Source of the DNA: Nitrospirota bacterium
GTDB lineage: Bacteria; Nitrospirota; UBA9217
NCBI GenBank assembly: GCA_963663225.1
Contig: OY760142.1
Coordinates: 1,792,001 to 1,856,000, forward strand
Reading direction: 5' to 3'
Length of the DNA stretch: 64,000 nt
Part shown: piece after piece, positions 38,904 through 49,443 of the stretch
Position numbering within the stretch: the first letter of the stretch is position 1
Layout: every line of letters starts with the position of its first letter
Notes under the pieces: generated by a model
Told to the model about the DNA's origin: nothing
What the model saw: the letters and a program-made list of their open reading frames with translations, nothing else
Databases searched by the model: none
Program-made: the position numbers and the translations under genes

Positions 38904-39569
38904 ATGTTTTTTGAAAAGATATTTATCAGACTCATCTGGCTGATTGTTTTGCTCTGGAGCAAGACAATCAGGTTCCGTATGGTGAACAAGGAAATCCAGG
39001 ACCGGCTGATTGCACAGGGACAAAACTGCATTTATGCCTTCTGGCACGGGAGTCTGCTTATGCTGCTTAAATCCCACCATGATTCAGGCCTTCTGATTCC
39101 GGTGAGCGAGAGCAGGGACGGAGAGTTTATAACGCGGGTGATCACCACATTCGGGTTCGAAGTCGCGCGGGGATCAAGCAAACGAAAAGGGCACAGGGCG
39201 CTTTACTCTCTGGTCACCAGAATGCGCAAAGGGAAAAATGTCGGAATAACCGTGGATGGACCGCGTGGCCCCCTTCACAAGGTAAAAAAAGGGGCGCTTT
39301 TCCTTGCTGCTGTTTCCAAAGCCCCCATCGTCCCTGTCGCGACCGCGGTAAAACACGCATGGATTTCCAAAAGAAGCTGGGACAGACTGATCGTTCCGTT
39401 TCCCTTCACCGAAGGTCTGATTATGCTCGGCGAGCCGATCTATGTGCAGGACACATCGGAAGAGGCCATAGAAGCCGGGCAGAAAACGCTCGAGGCGGAT
39501 CTGATAAAACTGACGCAGGCAGCGCAGGCCCATATCTCAGGCAACGGCCGCAATAGAACGCAAGAATAA
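38904..39569 (+). CDS. DUF374 lysophospholipid acyltransferase family protein
   Basis: IYAFWHG, S.SRDGE, RGSS, ITVDGPRGP, SWDR. Confidence 0.88.
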   Translation: MFFEKIFIRLIWLIVLLWSKTIRFRMVNKEIQDRLIAQGQNCIYAFWHGSLLMLLKSHHDSGLLIPVSESRDGEFITRVITTFGFEVARGSSKRKGHRALYSLVTRMRKGKNVGITVDGPRGPLHKVKKGALFLAAVSKAPIVPVATAVKHAWISKRSWDRLIVPFPFTEGLIMLGEPIYVQDTSEEAIEAGQKTLEADLIKLTQAAQAHISGNGRNRTQE

Positions 39570-39653
39570 CAGCGGCGCACCAAAGGCGGCGCTGGAACGT
39601 TTCCACACGACGGACATCATTTATTCCAATTCCGGAATATATTTTCAAATCTT

Positions 39654-40346
39654 ATGAAAAAAGCAAAAATCCTTGTCGTTGAAGATGAAAGAAATATTTC
39701 GGATATTGTAAAAGCATATCTTGAGCGGGAGGGATTTGAAGTGGTTGTTGCGGCCACCGGAAAAGCAGCGCTCAAGGAGGCCGGAAAAAATGTTGATCTC
39801 ATCGTCCTGGATCTTAAACTCCCCGACATTGACGGTGAGATCGTCTGCAAATCAATCAGGGAGTTTCTTGACGTCCCGGTGATCATGCTTACCGCAAAAA
39901 GCGCCGAGGATGACCGGGTCAGGGGGCTGGGCCTGGGTGCGGACGATTATGTGGTAAAACCGTTCAGCGCACGGGAACTGGTCGCGCGGGTAAAAGCTCA
40001 TGTACGACGCGCGCGGATCGGAGAAAAAAAGGAGCTTTCCTTTGAAGGAAGGGCCCTTGTTATCAACACCCAGGCACATGCCGTCCAAAAAAATGGTAAA
40101 GATGTCGATCTGACGAACACCGAGTTCAGGATTCTCCTGAGCCTTGCGGAGAAGCCGGATGTCGCGTTTTCCCGCCTGCAGCTGATTACGAACGCGCAGG
40201 GATATGATTTTGAAGGCTTTGATCGGGTCGTGGATGCGCATATCAAGAACATCAGGCACAAGATTGAAGACGACCCCGCCTCACCATCCTTTATCAAGAC
40301 CATGTACGGCGTAGGATACAAATTCATAGGCAGGCCTGACAAATGA
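39654..40346 (+). CDS. OmpR-family response regulator
   Basis: VLDLKLP, MLTAK, GADDYVVKPF, RVVDAHIKNIRHK, YGVGYKF. Confidence 0.95.
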   Translation: MKKAKILVVEDERNISDIVKAYLEREGFEVVVAATGKAALKEAGKNVDLIVLDLKLPDIDGEIVCKSIREFLDVPVIMLTAKSAEDDRVRGLGLGADDYVVKPFSARELVARVKAHVRRARIGEKKELSFEGRALVINTQAHAVQKNGKDVDLTNTEFRILLSLAEKPDVAFSRLQLITNAQGYDFEGFDRVVDAHIKNIRHKIEDDPASPSFIKTMYGVGYKFIGRPDK

Positions 40347-41704
40347 GAACGAAACTCTTTCTTGCATTCATAATTCTGATATTGATTATCCTGCTTTCCT
40401 CCCTGGTCTTTGCAGTCGCAATTCTGAAGGATTTTGATACGTATACCGAAAAAGTTAAACGGGATCATGTGTATTGGATCATTGCTTCCATTGAGGACGC
40501 ATACCGGGGTAACGGCGGCTGGGACCCCAGGATACTTTCCGAGTCCATCCACTGGGCTATGATGATGGGGCTCGATATAAAAATAACCGACAGAGCAGGA
40601 AATGAAGTCGTCCCTGCACACCATGTCATGGATTCGTTGACTCCGAACATGCAGCGGCGCATGGAAGAGCTTTTCCATGTCCACACGGAGGCTAATCTTC
40701 CGTATGAAGCATTTCCCCTCACCTCCCATGGTGAAAAAGTCGGCTCGCTCCACGCCCGTGCTTTCCAGAAAAAAGAGCTGGCCGAGCAGGAGTCCGTTTT
40801 CAGGGTGCGGGTCAAAAACTTTCTTTATTTTTACCTCGTTATTGCCGGGACCGGATCGGTTGCCGCCGGTTTTTTGCTCAGTCAATATCTTTCCAAACCA
40901 GTCTTATCTCTGAAAAAAGCGTCGGAAAAAATAACTGCGGGAGATTTTTCTGCGCGGGTCCCGACTGTGTCTTTTGATGAAATCGGTGATCTTGCAGCAA
41001 CGTTCAATACAATGGCTGAGTCGCTCCAAAAAGAGGCGCTTCTCAGGAAACATCTTACCTCGAACATTGCGCATGAGCTGAGGACGCCGCTAACTATCAT
41101 GAAAACCCAGGTTGAGGGAATGTCCGACGGTGTTTTGCGCGACCCGCACCGAGGGTTAGAAAATATACAGCGGGAAATAGAAAAGCTTATTGCACTCGTC
41201 AAAGGCATAGAAGACATGACCGCGGCAGAATCCAGTTTTTTCTCGAAGGGGACAGTAGAACGGGTCAATTTCAAGGAACTTATTGCCGGCCTGGTTCAGG
41301 ACCTGTCAGCCGCCTTGCAAAGCCGCGGATTGTATGTCCGGATTCTGAACGACGAGGATATTATGGTAACAATGGATATCGGCAAACTCGAGATGGTTCT
41401 CCGGAATATTCTTGCCAACGCGGCAAAGTTTACCGAAATCGGCGGTGTGACTATAACGTACGGAAAGGACGACCGCAATATGCTGCACATAGAAATTGCC
41501 GATACAGGACGAGGCATTGCGGAAAGCGAGCTGCCGTTTATTTTCAATCGATTTTACAAGGCTGAAAATTCCGTTCCTGACGGCGTGGGTCTTGGCCTCG
41601 CAATAGCCAAAGAGCTCATCAGCATTATGGCCGGTGAAATATCGGTGCAAAGCGACAGGGGAAAAGGCTCTTGCTTTAAAATAGTGCTGCCCATTGCGGA
41701 ATAG
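40343..41704 (+). CDS. HAMP sensor histidine kinase
   Basis: 2TM, HAMP, IAHELRTPL, NAAKFT, DTGRGI, GVGLGL; His/Met-rich periplasmic segment. Confidence 0.95.
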   Translation: MRTKLFLAFIILILIILLSSLVFAVAILKDFDTYTEKVKRDHVYWIIASIEDAYRGNGGWDPRILSESIHWAMMMGLDIKITDRAGNEVVPAHHVMDSLTPNMQRRMEELFHVHTEANLPYEAFPLTSHGEKVGSLHARAFQKKELAEQESVFRVRVKNFLYFYLVIAGTGSVAAGFLLSQYLSKPVLSLKKASEKITAGDFSARVPTVSFDEIGDLAATFNTMAESLQKEALLRKHLTSNIAHELRTPLTIMKTQVEGMSDGVLRDPHRGLENIQREIEKLIALVKGIEDMTAAESSFFSKGTVERVNFKELIAGLVQDLSAALQSRGLYVRILNDEDIMVTMDIGKLEMVLRNILANAAKFTEIGGVTITYGKDDRNMLHIEIADTGRGIAESELPFIFNRFYKAENSVPDGVGLGLAIAKELISIMAGEISVQSDRGKGSCFKIVLPIAE

Positions 41705-41871
41705 AACCGGAGCTGTAATAGCAAAAAAACCGCTGTTTTCTGCTTGACGCAATACATCAGTTCATACCTCATCCACCGGGCAGTGCCCTTCACAAATACT
41801 CCGATATAATGTGCATTTTTCGTTGTTGCTGAATCTATCCCTGTGGCAGGGAAATCCTCCAATTTTTATTA

Positions 41872-41906
41872 TTCTTCATAATTTCTTCACCATGGTGTGG
41901 CATACT
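41872..41906 (+). promoter_or_regulatory. OmpR-type direct-repeat activator site plus -10 element
   Basis: TTCTTCA-N4-TTCTTCA (11 bp period), then 11 nt, then CATACT. Confidence 0.6.
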
Positions 41907-41957
41907 TTCATCAATAAACATCGCAAGTATCTCAAATATTTCTGAGGAGGCGGGAGT

Positions 41958-42347
41958 ATGAAAAAAACACTGACAATAGTACTAGCATTGTTTCTTATGG
42001 CAGGCGCAGCGTCAGCCGGAGGTTATGAGGTCTCAAAGAAGGCGGGTGAATATAATGTTGCTGTTGTCCTTGACCGGAACCCGCCGGTCGCAGGAAACAA
42101 CGAAATCAACCTTGTTATTAAGGATGCAGCAGGCAACGTTGTCCGGGACGCACAGGTGAAAATTGAATATTCCATGCCGGCCATGCCCGGTATGCCGCCC
42201 ATGCGCCATAAAACCAGCGCGACCCTGCAGGGGGATTCCTACAAGGCTGTCATGACATTCTGCATGGGCGGAGCATGGACAATCGAGATCAAAATCGCCC
42301 GGGCCGGCAAAACGTCTCAGATGAAGTTCATGGTGGACGCTTCGTAA
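41958..42347 (+). CDS. YtkA/FixH-like exported Met-rich protein, copy 1
   Basis: Signal peptide; NPPVAG.N, EYSMPAMPGMP, M.G.W. Confidence 0.8.
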   Translation: MKKTLTIVLALFLMAGAASAGGYEVSKKAGEYNVAVVLDRNPPVAGNNEINLVIKDAAGNVVRDAQVKIEYSMPAMPGMPPMRHKTSATLQGDSYKAVMTFCMGGAWTIEIKIARAGKTSQMKFMVDAS

Positions 42348-42393
42348 GAGGGTTTGCAGGGTGTCCCGTTACTGAAAGGGATTTAAAATCGCA

Positions 42394-42428
42394 TCATTCA
42401 CTAACTCTTCAAAATTGTGTGATATCCT
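42394..42428 (+). promoter_or_regulatory. Second copy of the direct-repeat promoter
   Basis: TTCA-N7-TTCA, then 11 nt, then TATCCT; same spacing as 41872-41906. Confidence 0.5.
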
Positions 42429-42493
42429 TAGTCTTAAGAAACACAAAAACGGCATATGACATGCCCGGTTAATCTTATCGGAAGGAGAAGAAT

Positions 42494-42883
42494 ATGAAAA
42501 AGAGCATACTTATGATGATGGCCGTACTTTTGGTAACGGGTATTGCCTCTGCAAAAGGATATGAGATCCAGAAGAAGGCAGGCGAATATGACGTCACTGT
42601 AGCTATTGACAGAAATCCGCCGGTAACCGGCAACAATGGAATCAGCATTTCGGTAAAGGATGCCGCAGGAAAACCTGTCAAAGACGCTGCGGTAAAAGTG
42701 GAGTATTCCATGCCGGCCATGCCGGGAATGCCGGCCATGAATTACAAGACCGACGCGGTGCTTCACGGCGATGAGTACAAGGCCATGATGTCCCTTTCCA
42801 TGGGCGGTTCCTGGAACATTGCAGTGAAAATTTCAAAAGCGGGAAAAATATCCACCATGAAGTTCACCGTGGATGCGAAATAG
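42494..42883 (+). CDS. YtkA/FixH-like exported Met-rich protein, copy 2
   Basis: Same length (129 aa) and motifs as copy 1. Confidence 0.8.
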   Translation: MKKSILMMMAVLLVTGIASAKGYEIQKKAGEYDVTVAIDRNPPVTGNNGISISVKDAAGKPVKDAAVKVEYSMPAMPGMPAMNYKTDAVLHGDEYKAMMSLSMGGSWNIAVKISKAGKISTMKFTVDAK

Positions 42884-42890
42884 GCGGACT

Positions 42891-44213
42891 ATGAAAAAGG
42901 AAGAATACAGCAGAGAGAGAAATATACCCTGGCGATTTTTCGTGAATGTGGTACTGGCTCTGCTGTGTTCTGTATTCCTGTGGCCTCGCACCGCGGTAGC
43001 CGCGGACGAAGCTCCGGGCCTTCAAGCGCTGATTGAAGAAGCCCTGAAAAACAATCGGGAGGTGCGGGCGGCGGAAGCGAAATGGAACGCATCAACGTAC
43101 CGGGTCCCGCAGGCGGAAAGCCTGCCGGACCCCATGGTCATGTTCGGCTATCAGAATGAAGGCTGGAACAGATATACCTACGGTCAGATGCAGGGATCGC
43201 AGTGGATGTATTCGGTGTCCCAGACATTTCCGTTTCCGGGGAAACGGTCGCTCAAGGGAGAAATGGCCGCTCGGGAGGCGGAAAGCTACGCCGCGGCGTA
43301 CGAGGCGGTTCGCCTCAGGGTTGCCGCGTCGGTCAGGCAGCTCTACTATGACTTGTTTCTCGCATACAAAACGTCCGACCTGATCCAGGACAAAACAGCC
43401 CTGTTCACCAGAATAGAAGACGCCGCACTGGCCCGGTATTCCGCAGGCTTGGGCACGCAGCAGGAGGTGCTCATGGCGCAGACGGAAAAATACATGCTGC
43501 TTGAAAAAGAGACCATGCTCAGTCAAAAGATGGAATCGCTGCAAGCGATGCTGAATAACGCGATAGGTAGAGAGGCGAATGCCCCACTCGAGCGGCCGGC
43601 CGCGCCTGAACGGTCGGTCTTCGGCCATTCAGCGGAGGAACTACTCGCTCTGGCCTACGAACATTCACCGGAAATCCGGTCTCGTGAAAAAATGAAGGAC
43701 TCCTCGAAGGCACAGATCAGTCTGTCGCAGAAGGATTACTATCCGGATCTTACTCTCGCCGGAAGCGTCTACCAGCGCAAAGGGGATTTTGAAGACATGT
43801 GGAGCCTCACCGCCACGATCAACATTCCCCTCTTTTTCAGAAAAAAACAATCGGCCGTTGCTGAAGCACGGTCTCTCTCCTATCAGGCGGAGAGCGAACT
43901 GGAGGCGGTCAAACTGATGCTTTCGTCGACCATACGGGACAATTTTTCCATGCTGACCATGGCGGAAAAACTGATGGATTTATATAAAGTCGGCCTTATC
44001 CCGAAAACCTATCAGGATTTCGAGTTGGCCCTTTCGGGCTACCGGTCGGGGAAGGTTGAGGCCATAACGGTCATCAACCGGCTGAAGGCTCTCCTTGATT
44101 ATGAGACCCTGTACTGGGGACAGTACGTGGAGCGGGAAAAGGCCGTTGCACGGCTGGTATCAATTGCAGGAATTGCAGATCCGAAAACGGTGGTGATAAA
44201 AAATGAACATTAA
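42891..44213 (+). CDS. TolC-family outer membrane efflux protein (CusC-like)
   Basis: EALKNN.E, LPDP, SQTFPFPGK, YYPD, INIPL; upstream of MFP and RND genes. Confidence 0.88.
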   Translation: MKKEEYSRERNIPWRFFVNVVLALLCSVFLWPRTAVAADEAPGLQALIEEALKNNREVRAAEAKWNASTYRVPQAESLPDPMVMFGYQNEGWNRYTYGQMQGSQWMYSVSQTFPFPGKRSLKGEMAAREAESYAAAYEAVRLRVAASVRQLYYDLFLAYKTSDLIQDKTALFTRIEDAALARYSAGLGTQQEVLMAQTEKYMLLEKETMLSQKMESLQAMLNNAIGREANAPLERPAAPERSVFGHSAEELLALAYEHSPEIRSREKMKDSSKAQISLSQKDYYPDLTLAGSVYQRKGDFEDMWSLTATINIPLFFRKKQSAVAEARSLSYQAESELEAVKLMLSSTIRDNFSMLTMAEKLMDLYKVGLIPKTYQDFELALSGYRSGKVEAITVINRLKALLDYETLYWGQYVEREKAVARLVSIAGIADPKTVVIKNEH

Positions 44214-45390
44214 ACGATTCGCTCGCATTGCGGTTTTTTCCGTGCTTGGAGGTGCAGTCGCGGTATTTCCCGTGTCCACCTTCAATGGGCAAGCACTATT
44301 GCAGCAGGCCTACGCGCAGCATGCAGGACATGGCGAAGGAACGCCGTCAAAAGAGCAGGCCGCAGGCCAGCCCGAAGAGGAAGCCTCCACGGTGGAGATA
44401 CCCGCGGACAAGCAGCAGATGATCGGCGTCAAAACAGCGTCGGCAACCGTGCAATCAATCCGTAAAACCATCAGGACTGTGGGAAGGGTAGAGGCGGATG
44501 AAAAGAAACTTGCCACGATCAATCTCAAATTTGAGGCGTGGATAGAGAAACTCTATGTAGATTATACCGGTAAATATGTAAAAAAAGGAGAAGCGCTTGC
44601 CGAAGTTTACAGCCCGGAACTGTTTGCGACCCAGCAGGAGTTTATTAATCTGCTCAAATGGAAAAACCGAAAAAGTGACGTGAAAAGCACGGAGATGGAC
44701 GCGATGCTTTCCCGTGACGCGGAGGCAATCGTTGAAGCGGCGAAACAGCGATTGAGGCTGTGGGACATCTCGGATGAGCAGATTAATTCCCTAGCGGAGA
44801 CCGGAAAACCGATCCGGACGCTTACGATTTTCAGCCCTGTCAGCGGTTATGTCATACAGAAAACGGCACTCCAGGGAATGCGGGCCGCTCCCGGAGAAAA
44901 ACTTTTTGACATAGCGGATCTGTCCACCGTCTGGATCATTTCCGACATTTACGAATATGAGCTTTCCCTGATCCGGGCAGGCGACACGGCGAAAATCACG
45001 ATGAGTTATTTCCCCGGAAAAGAGTTCAACGCCCGTGTCGATTATATCTATCCTGTTCTCGCCGGTGAAACAAGGACCGCCAAAGTGCGGTTTTCCATGC
45101 CGAATCCCGGCGGACAGCTGAAACCCCAGATGTTTACGAACGTGGAGCTGAAAATAGGCATGGGAAGGAAGCTGGTTGTTCCTGAAGACGCAGTCATCGA
45201 CACCGGCGCGCGGCAGATTGTTTATGTGGACAAGGGGGACGGAAATTTCGAACCGAGGGAAGTAACTGTCGGGACCCGGTTCGACGGCATGGCGGAGATC
45301 GTGAAAGGATTGAAGCCGAAAGAAAAGGTCGCTGCTGCCGCAACATTCCTGATTGATTCGGAAGCGCGTTTGAAAGGCGTTGTGAAATAG
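44203..45390 (+). CDS. cusB: RND periplasmic adaptor (CusB-like)
   Basis: WIEKLY, YSPEL..TQQE, IADLSTVW, ETRT.KVR, LKPQMF, FLIDSE. Confidence 0.85.
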   Translation: MNIKRFARIAVFSVLGGAVAVFPVSTFNGQALLQQAYAQHAGHGEGTPSKEQAAGQPEEEASTVEIPADKQQMIGVKTASATVQSIRKTIRTVGRVEADEKKLATINLKFEAWIEKLYVDYTGKYVKKGEALAEVYSPELFATQQEFINLLKWKNRKSDVKSTEMDAMLSRDAEAIVEAAKQRLRLWDISDEQINSLAETGKPIRTLTIFSPVSGYVIQKTALQGMRAAPGEKLFDIADLSTVWIISDIYEYELSLIRAGDTAKITMSYFPGKEFNARVDYIYPVLAGETRTAKVRFSMPNPGGQLKPQMFTNVELKIGMGRKLVVPEDAVIDTGARQIVYVDKGDGNFEPREVTVGTRFDGMAEIVKGLKPKEKVAAAATFLIDSEARLKGVVK

Positions 45391-45496
45391 AACCGAACGC
45401 ACGGTGTTGCGCGGGAGCAAGAACGCATCTCCCGAAGTTTTTTCAGGCCGCTGGTACTGAGGAACATCCAGCGTATATGCTGAGGAATATGATGGT

Positions 45497-48400
45497 ATGA
45501 TTGCCAGGATCATTGAGTACAGCGCCAAAAATAAATTTATCATTTTTCTGTTCGTGATCTTTCTGTGTATTTGGGGCTATCTCTCACTCAAAAACACCCC
45601 GCTTGATGCCATCCCCGATTTGAGCGACACGCAGGTTATCATCTACACGGAATGGCCGGGCCGAAGTCCGAACCTGGTGGAAGACCAGGTGACCTATCCC
45701 ATCAGTGCGACTCTTCTTGCGGCCCCGAAGGTCCAGGTCGTGCGGGGATTTTCCTATCTGGGAAGCTCGTTCATTTACGTCATCTTTGAAGAAGGGACCG
45801 ATATCTACTGGGCAAGGAGCAGAGTGCTGGAGTATCTCCAGGCGGTAAAAGGCAAGATTCCCGTCGATGTGAACCCGGTACTGGGACCCGATGCCACCAG
45901 CGTGGGATGGGGATTTTCCTACGCAGTGACTGATGAAACCGGGCACTATGATCTTTCGCAACTCCGTACGGTGCAGGACTATACGATCAAGCTTGCTCTT
46001 GAAAGCGTGCCCGGCGTTTCACAAGTTGCGAGCGTCGGCGGATTCGTCAAGCAGTATCAGATTACGGTGGACCCAAACCGGCTTGCCGCATTCAACATTC
46101 CCGTGACTAGGGTGATGGAGGCGGTCAAAAAAAGCAACAGCGATGTTGAAGGAAGGGTTCTGGAGTTTTCGGGCGTGGAATACATGATCCGGGGCCGGGG
46201 ATATATCAACTCGGTCAAGGACATTGAAAACATTGCCGTAGGAAGCAGCGGCTCCGGCACGCCTGTTTTTTTAAAAGACGTCGCCCGGGTGCGGCTGGGT
46301 CCGGAGATACGGAGAGGACTTGCCGAACTCGACGGCAAGGGAGAAGTTGCGGGCGGCATTGTGGTGGTGCGGTTCGGCGAAAATGTCCTGAACGTCATAG
46401 ACCGGGTGAAGGAAAAGATCAGGAACAGCATCGAACCAAGCCTGCCGAAGGGCATGAAGATCACGGTCACCTATGACCGGTCCGATCTTATCCATCGATC
46501 AATTGCCACCCTGAAGGAAGAAATTTTCAAGCTTGCGGTTGCGGTAAGCATCGTCTGCGTCGTGTTTTTGTTTCATCTTCCCAGCGCGCTTGTGGTCATT
46601 CTGACATTGCCGGTTGCCATTATCATCTCCTTCATCCTGATGCATTTCCTGCATGTTACATCGAACATCATGAGCCTTTCCGGCATCGCGATCGCCATCG
46701 GCGCCATGGTGGACGCATCCATCATCATGGTGGAGAATGCGCATAAAAAACTTGAAGAATGGGAGCATGCGGGCAGGCCGGGCAGCCGCACGGAGGTCAT
46801 TATCGAAGCGGCACAGGAAGTCGGGCCGTCGCTCTTCTTTTCCCTTCTGGTGATCACCGTCGGGTTTCTTCCGGTTTTCTCGCTTCAGGCGCAGGCGGGC
46901 AGGCTCTTCAAGCCGCTGGCGTATACCAAGACGTTCGCCATGCTCTTTTCATCGTTTCTCGCAGTGACGCTGACTCCGGTGCTGATGACGCTGTTTATCC
47001 GGGGGAAGCTGCGGCCAGAGGAATCGAATCCGGTGAGCGTTTTCCTCCGCCGGATCTATGAACCAGTCGCCGTAATCACCCTGCAATTCAGGAAAACAGT
47101 CATCATTGCCGCGCTCCTTATCATGGCCGTGACGGTGTATCCTTTTCTGAAGCTCGGAACGGAATTCATGCCGCCGCTGTACGAAGGGACGCTTTTTTAC
47201 ATGCCGGTCACGGTGCCGCCGCCTTCCATCTCGGTTGTGTCCGATCTTCTGCAGCTGCAGGACAGACTGCTCATGAAGATTCCGGAAGTTGCGCAGGTCT
47301 TCGGAAAGGCGGGGCGGGCGGAAACGGCGACGGATCCCGCGCCGCTTGAAATGTTCGAGACCGTCATCAATCTCAAACCGGAATCCGAGTGGCGAAAGGG
47401 AATGGACGTCGAGAAGCTCAAGAATGAAATGAATGACGCGCTTTCCATCCCCGGCGTCGCCAACTCCTTCACCATGCCGATCAAGGCCCGAATAGACATG
47501 CTCGCCACGGGCATACGGACGCCGGTCGGGGTCAAGGTGCTCGGCCCCAACATCGAGGAAATCGAGAAGACAGGCCTTGCCGTCGAAGAAGCGGTAAAAA
47601 ATATCAAGGGTACGAGGAGCGCCTATGCCGAACGGGTGACCACCGGGTATTACCTGGATATTGTTATCAAACGGGAGGAGGCGGCGAGGTACGGTCTGGC
47701 GGTTGATGATATCCAGCAGGTCATCCAGTCCGCCGTAGGCGGCATGAACCTCACCACAACGATCGAGGGCCGGGAGCGGTATCCGGTGAATGTCAGGTAC
47801 TCGCAGGAGCTGAGAGATTCCATTGAGAAGATGAGGCGGGTGCTTGTGCCGGTGTTCTCGGGAGGCGCAGGGTCGTCAGCGGCGGATCCCATGCAGCCTG
47901 CCTCCAGTCGTCAGACTTCGGCACAGAATGCAAGATTGCTTCAAGTGCCGCTGGGTGAAATTGCGGACATCAGGATCGTGAAAGGTCCGACGGCGATCAA
48001 GAGCGAGGAAGGCCTCCTGACCGCATACGTGTACATCGATTTTTCAGGGCGCGACGTGGGCGGCTATGTTGAGGAGGCCAAGGCAAAAGTGAACGAATCG
48101 GTCAGACTTCCTCCGGGATACCGGCTGCAATGGAGCGGAGAGTACGAATACATTCTGAAAACCCATGAACGGCTGAAGATGGTCATTCCGTTGACGATTC
48201 TGATCATCTTTGTCCTTATTTATTTCAACACCCGGTCCGTCGGCAAGACATGCATTGTTCTTCTTGCCGTGCCGTTCTCTCTCGTGGGGTCCTTCTGGTT
48301 TCTCTATTTGCTGAACTATAACATGAGCATTGCCGTGTGGGTCGGAATCATTGCGCTTGCCGGCCTGGATGCCGAGACCGGCGTGGTCATGCTTCTGTAC

Positions 48401-48715
48401 CTCGAGCTTGCTTATGACAAGTGGAAACGGAATGGTAAGCTGAAAACAGCAACCGACCTGAAAGAAGCGGTGATGGAAGGTGCGGTGAAGCGGATCCGGC
48501 CGAAAATCATGACCGTAAGCGTCATTCTGGCGGGCTTGGTCCCCATTATGTTCAGCCACGGAGCTGGATCGGATATCATGAAACGCATTGCCGCGCCCAT
48601 GATCGGCGGCATTGTGACATCGACCTTTCTCGAGCTGCTTATCTATCCGGCGATTTACATAACCTGGAAGGAATGGGAAATAAAGAAAGCGAAAACAGAA
48701 AACCTGAAAACATAA
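45497..48715 (+). CDS. cusA: Heavy-metal RND efflux permease (CusA/SilA-like)
   Basis: DAIPDLSDTQVI, DIYWARSRVLEYL, GPDAT, AMVDA, EFMPPL.EG, IKARIDML.TGI, RIRPKIMT. Confidence 0.93.
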   Translation: MIARIIEYSAKNKFIIFLFVIFLCIWGYLSLKNTPLDAIPDLSDTQVIIYTEWPGRSPNLVEDQVTYPISATLLAAPKVQVVRGFSYLGSSFIYVIFEEGTDIYWARSRVLEYLQAVKGKIPVDVNPVLGPDATSVGWGFSYAVTDETGHYDLSQLRTVQDYTIKLALESVPGVSQVASVGGFVKQYQITVDPNRLAAFNIPVTRVMEAVKKSNSDVEGRVLEFSGVEYMIRGRGYINSVKDIENIAVGSSGSGTPVFLKDVARVRLGPEIRRGLAELDGKGEVAGGIVVVRFGENVLNVIDRVKEKIRNSIEPSLPKGMKITVTYDRSDLIHRSIATLKEEIFKLAVAVSIVCVVFLFHLPSALVVILTLPVAIIISFILMHFLHVTSNIMSLSGIAIAIGAMVDASIIMVENAHKKLEEWEHAGRPGSRTEVIIEAAQEVGPSLFFSLLVITVGFLPVFSLQAQAGRLFKPLAYTKTFAMLFSSFLAVTLTPVLMTLFIRGKLRPEESNPVSVFLRRIYEPVAVITLQFRKTVIIAALLIMAVTVYPFLKLGTEFMPPLYEGTLFYMPVTVPPPSISVVSDLLQLQDRLLMKIPEVAQVFGKAGRAETATDPAPLEMFETVINLKPESEWRKGMDVEKLKNEMNDALSIPGVANSFTMPIKARIDMLATGIRTPVGVKVLGPNIEEIEKTGLAVEEAVKNIKGTRSAYAERVTTGYYLDIVIKREEAARYGLAVDDIQQVIQSAVGGMNLTTTIEGRERYPVNVRYSQELRDSIEKMRRVLVPVFSGGAGSSAADPMQPASSRQTSAQNARLLQVPLGEIADIRIVKGPTAIKSEEGLLTAYVYIDFSGRDVGGYVEEAKAKVNESVRLPPGYRLQWSGEYEYILKTHERLKMVIPLTILIIFVLIYFNTRSVGKTCIVLLAVPFSLVGSFWFLYLLNYNMSIAVWVGIIALAGLDAETGVVMLLYLELAYDKWKRNGKLKTATDLKEAVMEGAVKRIRPKIMTVSVILAGLVPIMFSHGAGSDIMKRIAAPMIGGIVTSTFLELLIYPAIYITWKEWEIKKAKTENLKT

Positions 48716-48744
48716 CAAAGACAGCGGGGAAATAATGCTGTTCG

Positions 48745-49428
48745 TTATTTCTGTTTTTCGGACATTGCGGCATCATAACGTTTCATATAATCGCCGACCA
48801 TGCGTTCCGAATCACAGCCCAAGGCTTTTGCGTAGAGCGAGAGGAAGCCGCGGAGATAGGGCCGTGCCGGCAGTTTTTTAAAATTTTCCGATTCGATGAA
48901 CTCAAGATAGCGGGTGCCGATTTTCGTTATGTCGGCGATGCTGCGGATTGTCTGGCCATGCTGCTCACGCAGTATCCGGATGGCAGGACCGGTGAATTCG
49001 GTCACCAGGCCGGAGACCGGAGTGGCACTTGGTTGCGGCCGCTCCCCGGGTTCCTGCTGCATCGGCTGCTGCGGTTTTTCAAGGAAGCGGTTTTCCGAAG
49101 GCAAAGAAAAGGCGGGTTGGACTGGCACGGACTCGATTTTCCGGGAAAATTCCGGAAAGGGAGAGTCATCTCCTTCCTCTGCACGACTTTTGAGCATGGC
49201 ATCATACCGTTTCCGGTTGTCTTCATAGACAAGCGTGCGGTACGCCTCCTCGATTCGCTGGTGCATTATCGCTGTTTCCTCCGGCGTGAAGAGAGAATAC
49301 AGCGCGATGGAGTTCGGCTCATACACGCGTCGTATCCGTTCGTACGCTTTGTGAATTTCCTGCTTCGTGGCCGTCGGGCTGACTTCCAGCAGTTCGTAAA
49401 AATTCAGGTTCTCAATTTTTTTCAACAT
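48745..49428 (-). CDS. J-domain-like + XRE/RodZ-type HTH protein
   Basis: NFYELLEVSPTA..EI.KAY..IEEAY.TL..R.RYD without HPD; C-terminal LRE..G..IA..TKI...LE.IE...F..LP...YLRGF. Confidence 0.8.
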   Translation of the reverse strand: MLKKIENLNFYELLEVSPTATKQEIHKAYERIRRVYEPNSIALYSLFTPEETAIMHQRIEEAYRTLVYEDNRKRYDAMLKSRAEEGDDSPFPEFSRKIESVPVQPAFSLPSENRFLEKPQQPMQQEPGERPQPSATPVSGLVTEFTGPAIRILREQHGQTIRSIADITKIGTRYLEFIESENFKKLPARPYLRGFLSLYAKALGCDSERMVGDYMKRYDAAMSEKQK

Positions 49429-49443
49429 TGCTCTCCTCCCTTC

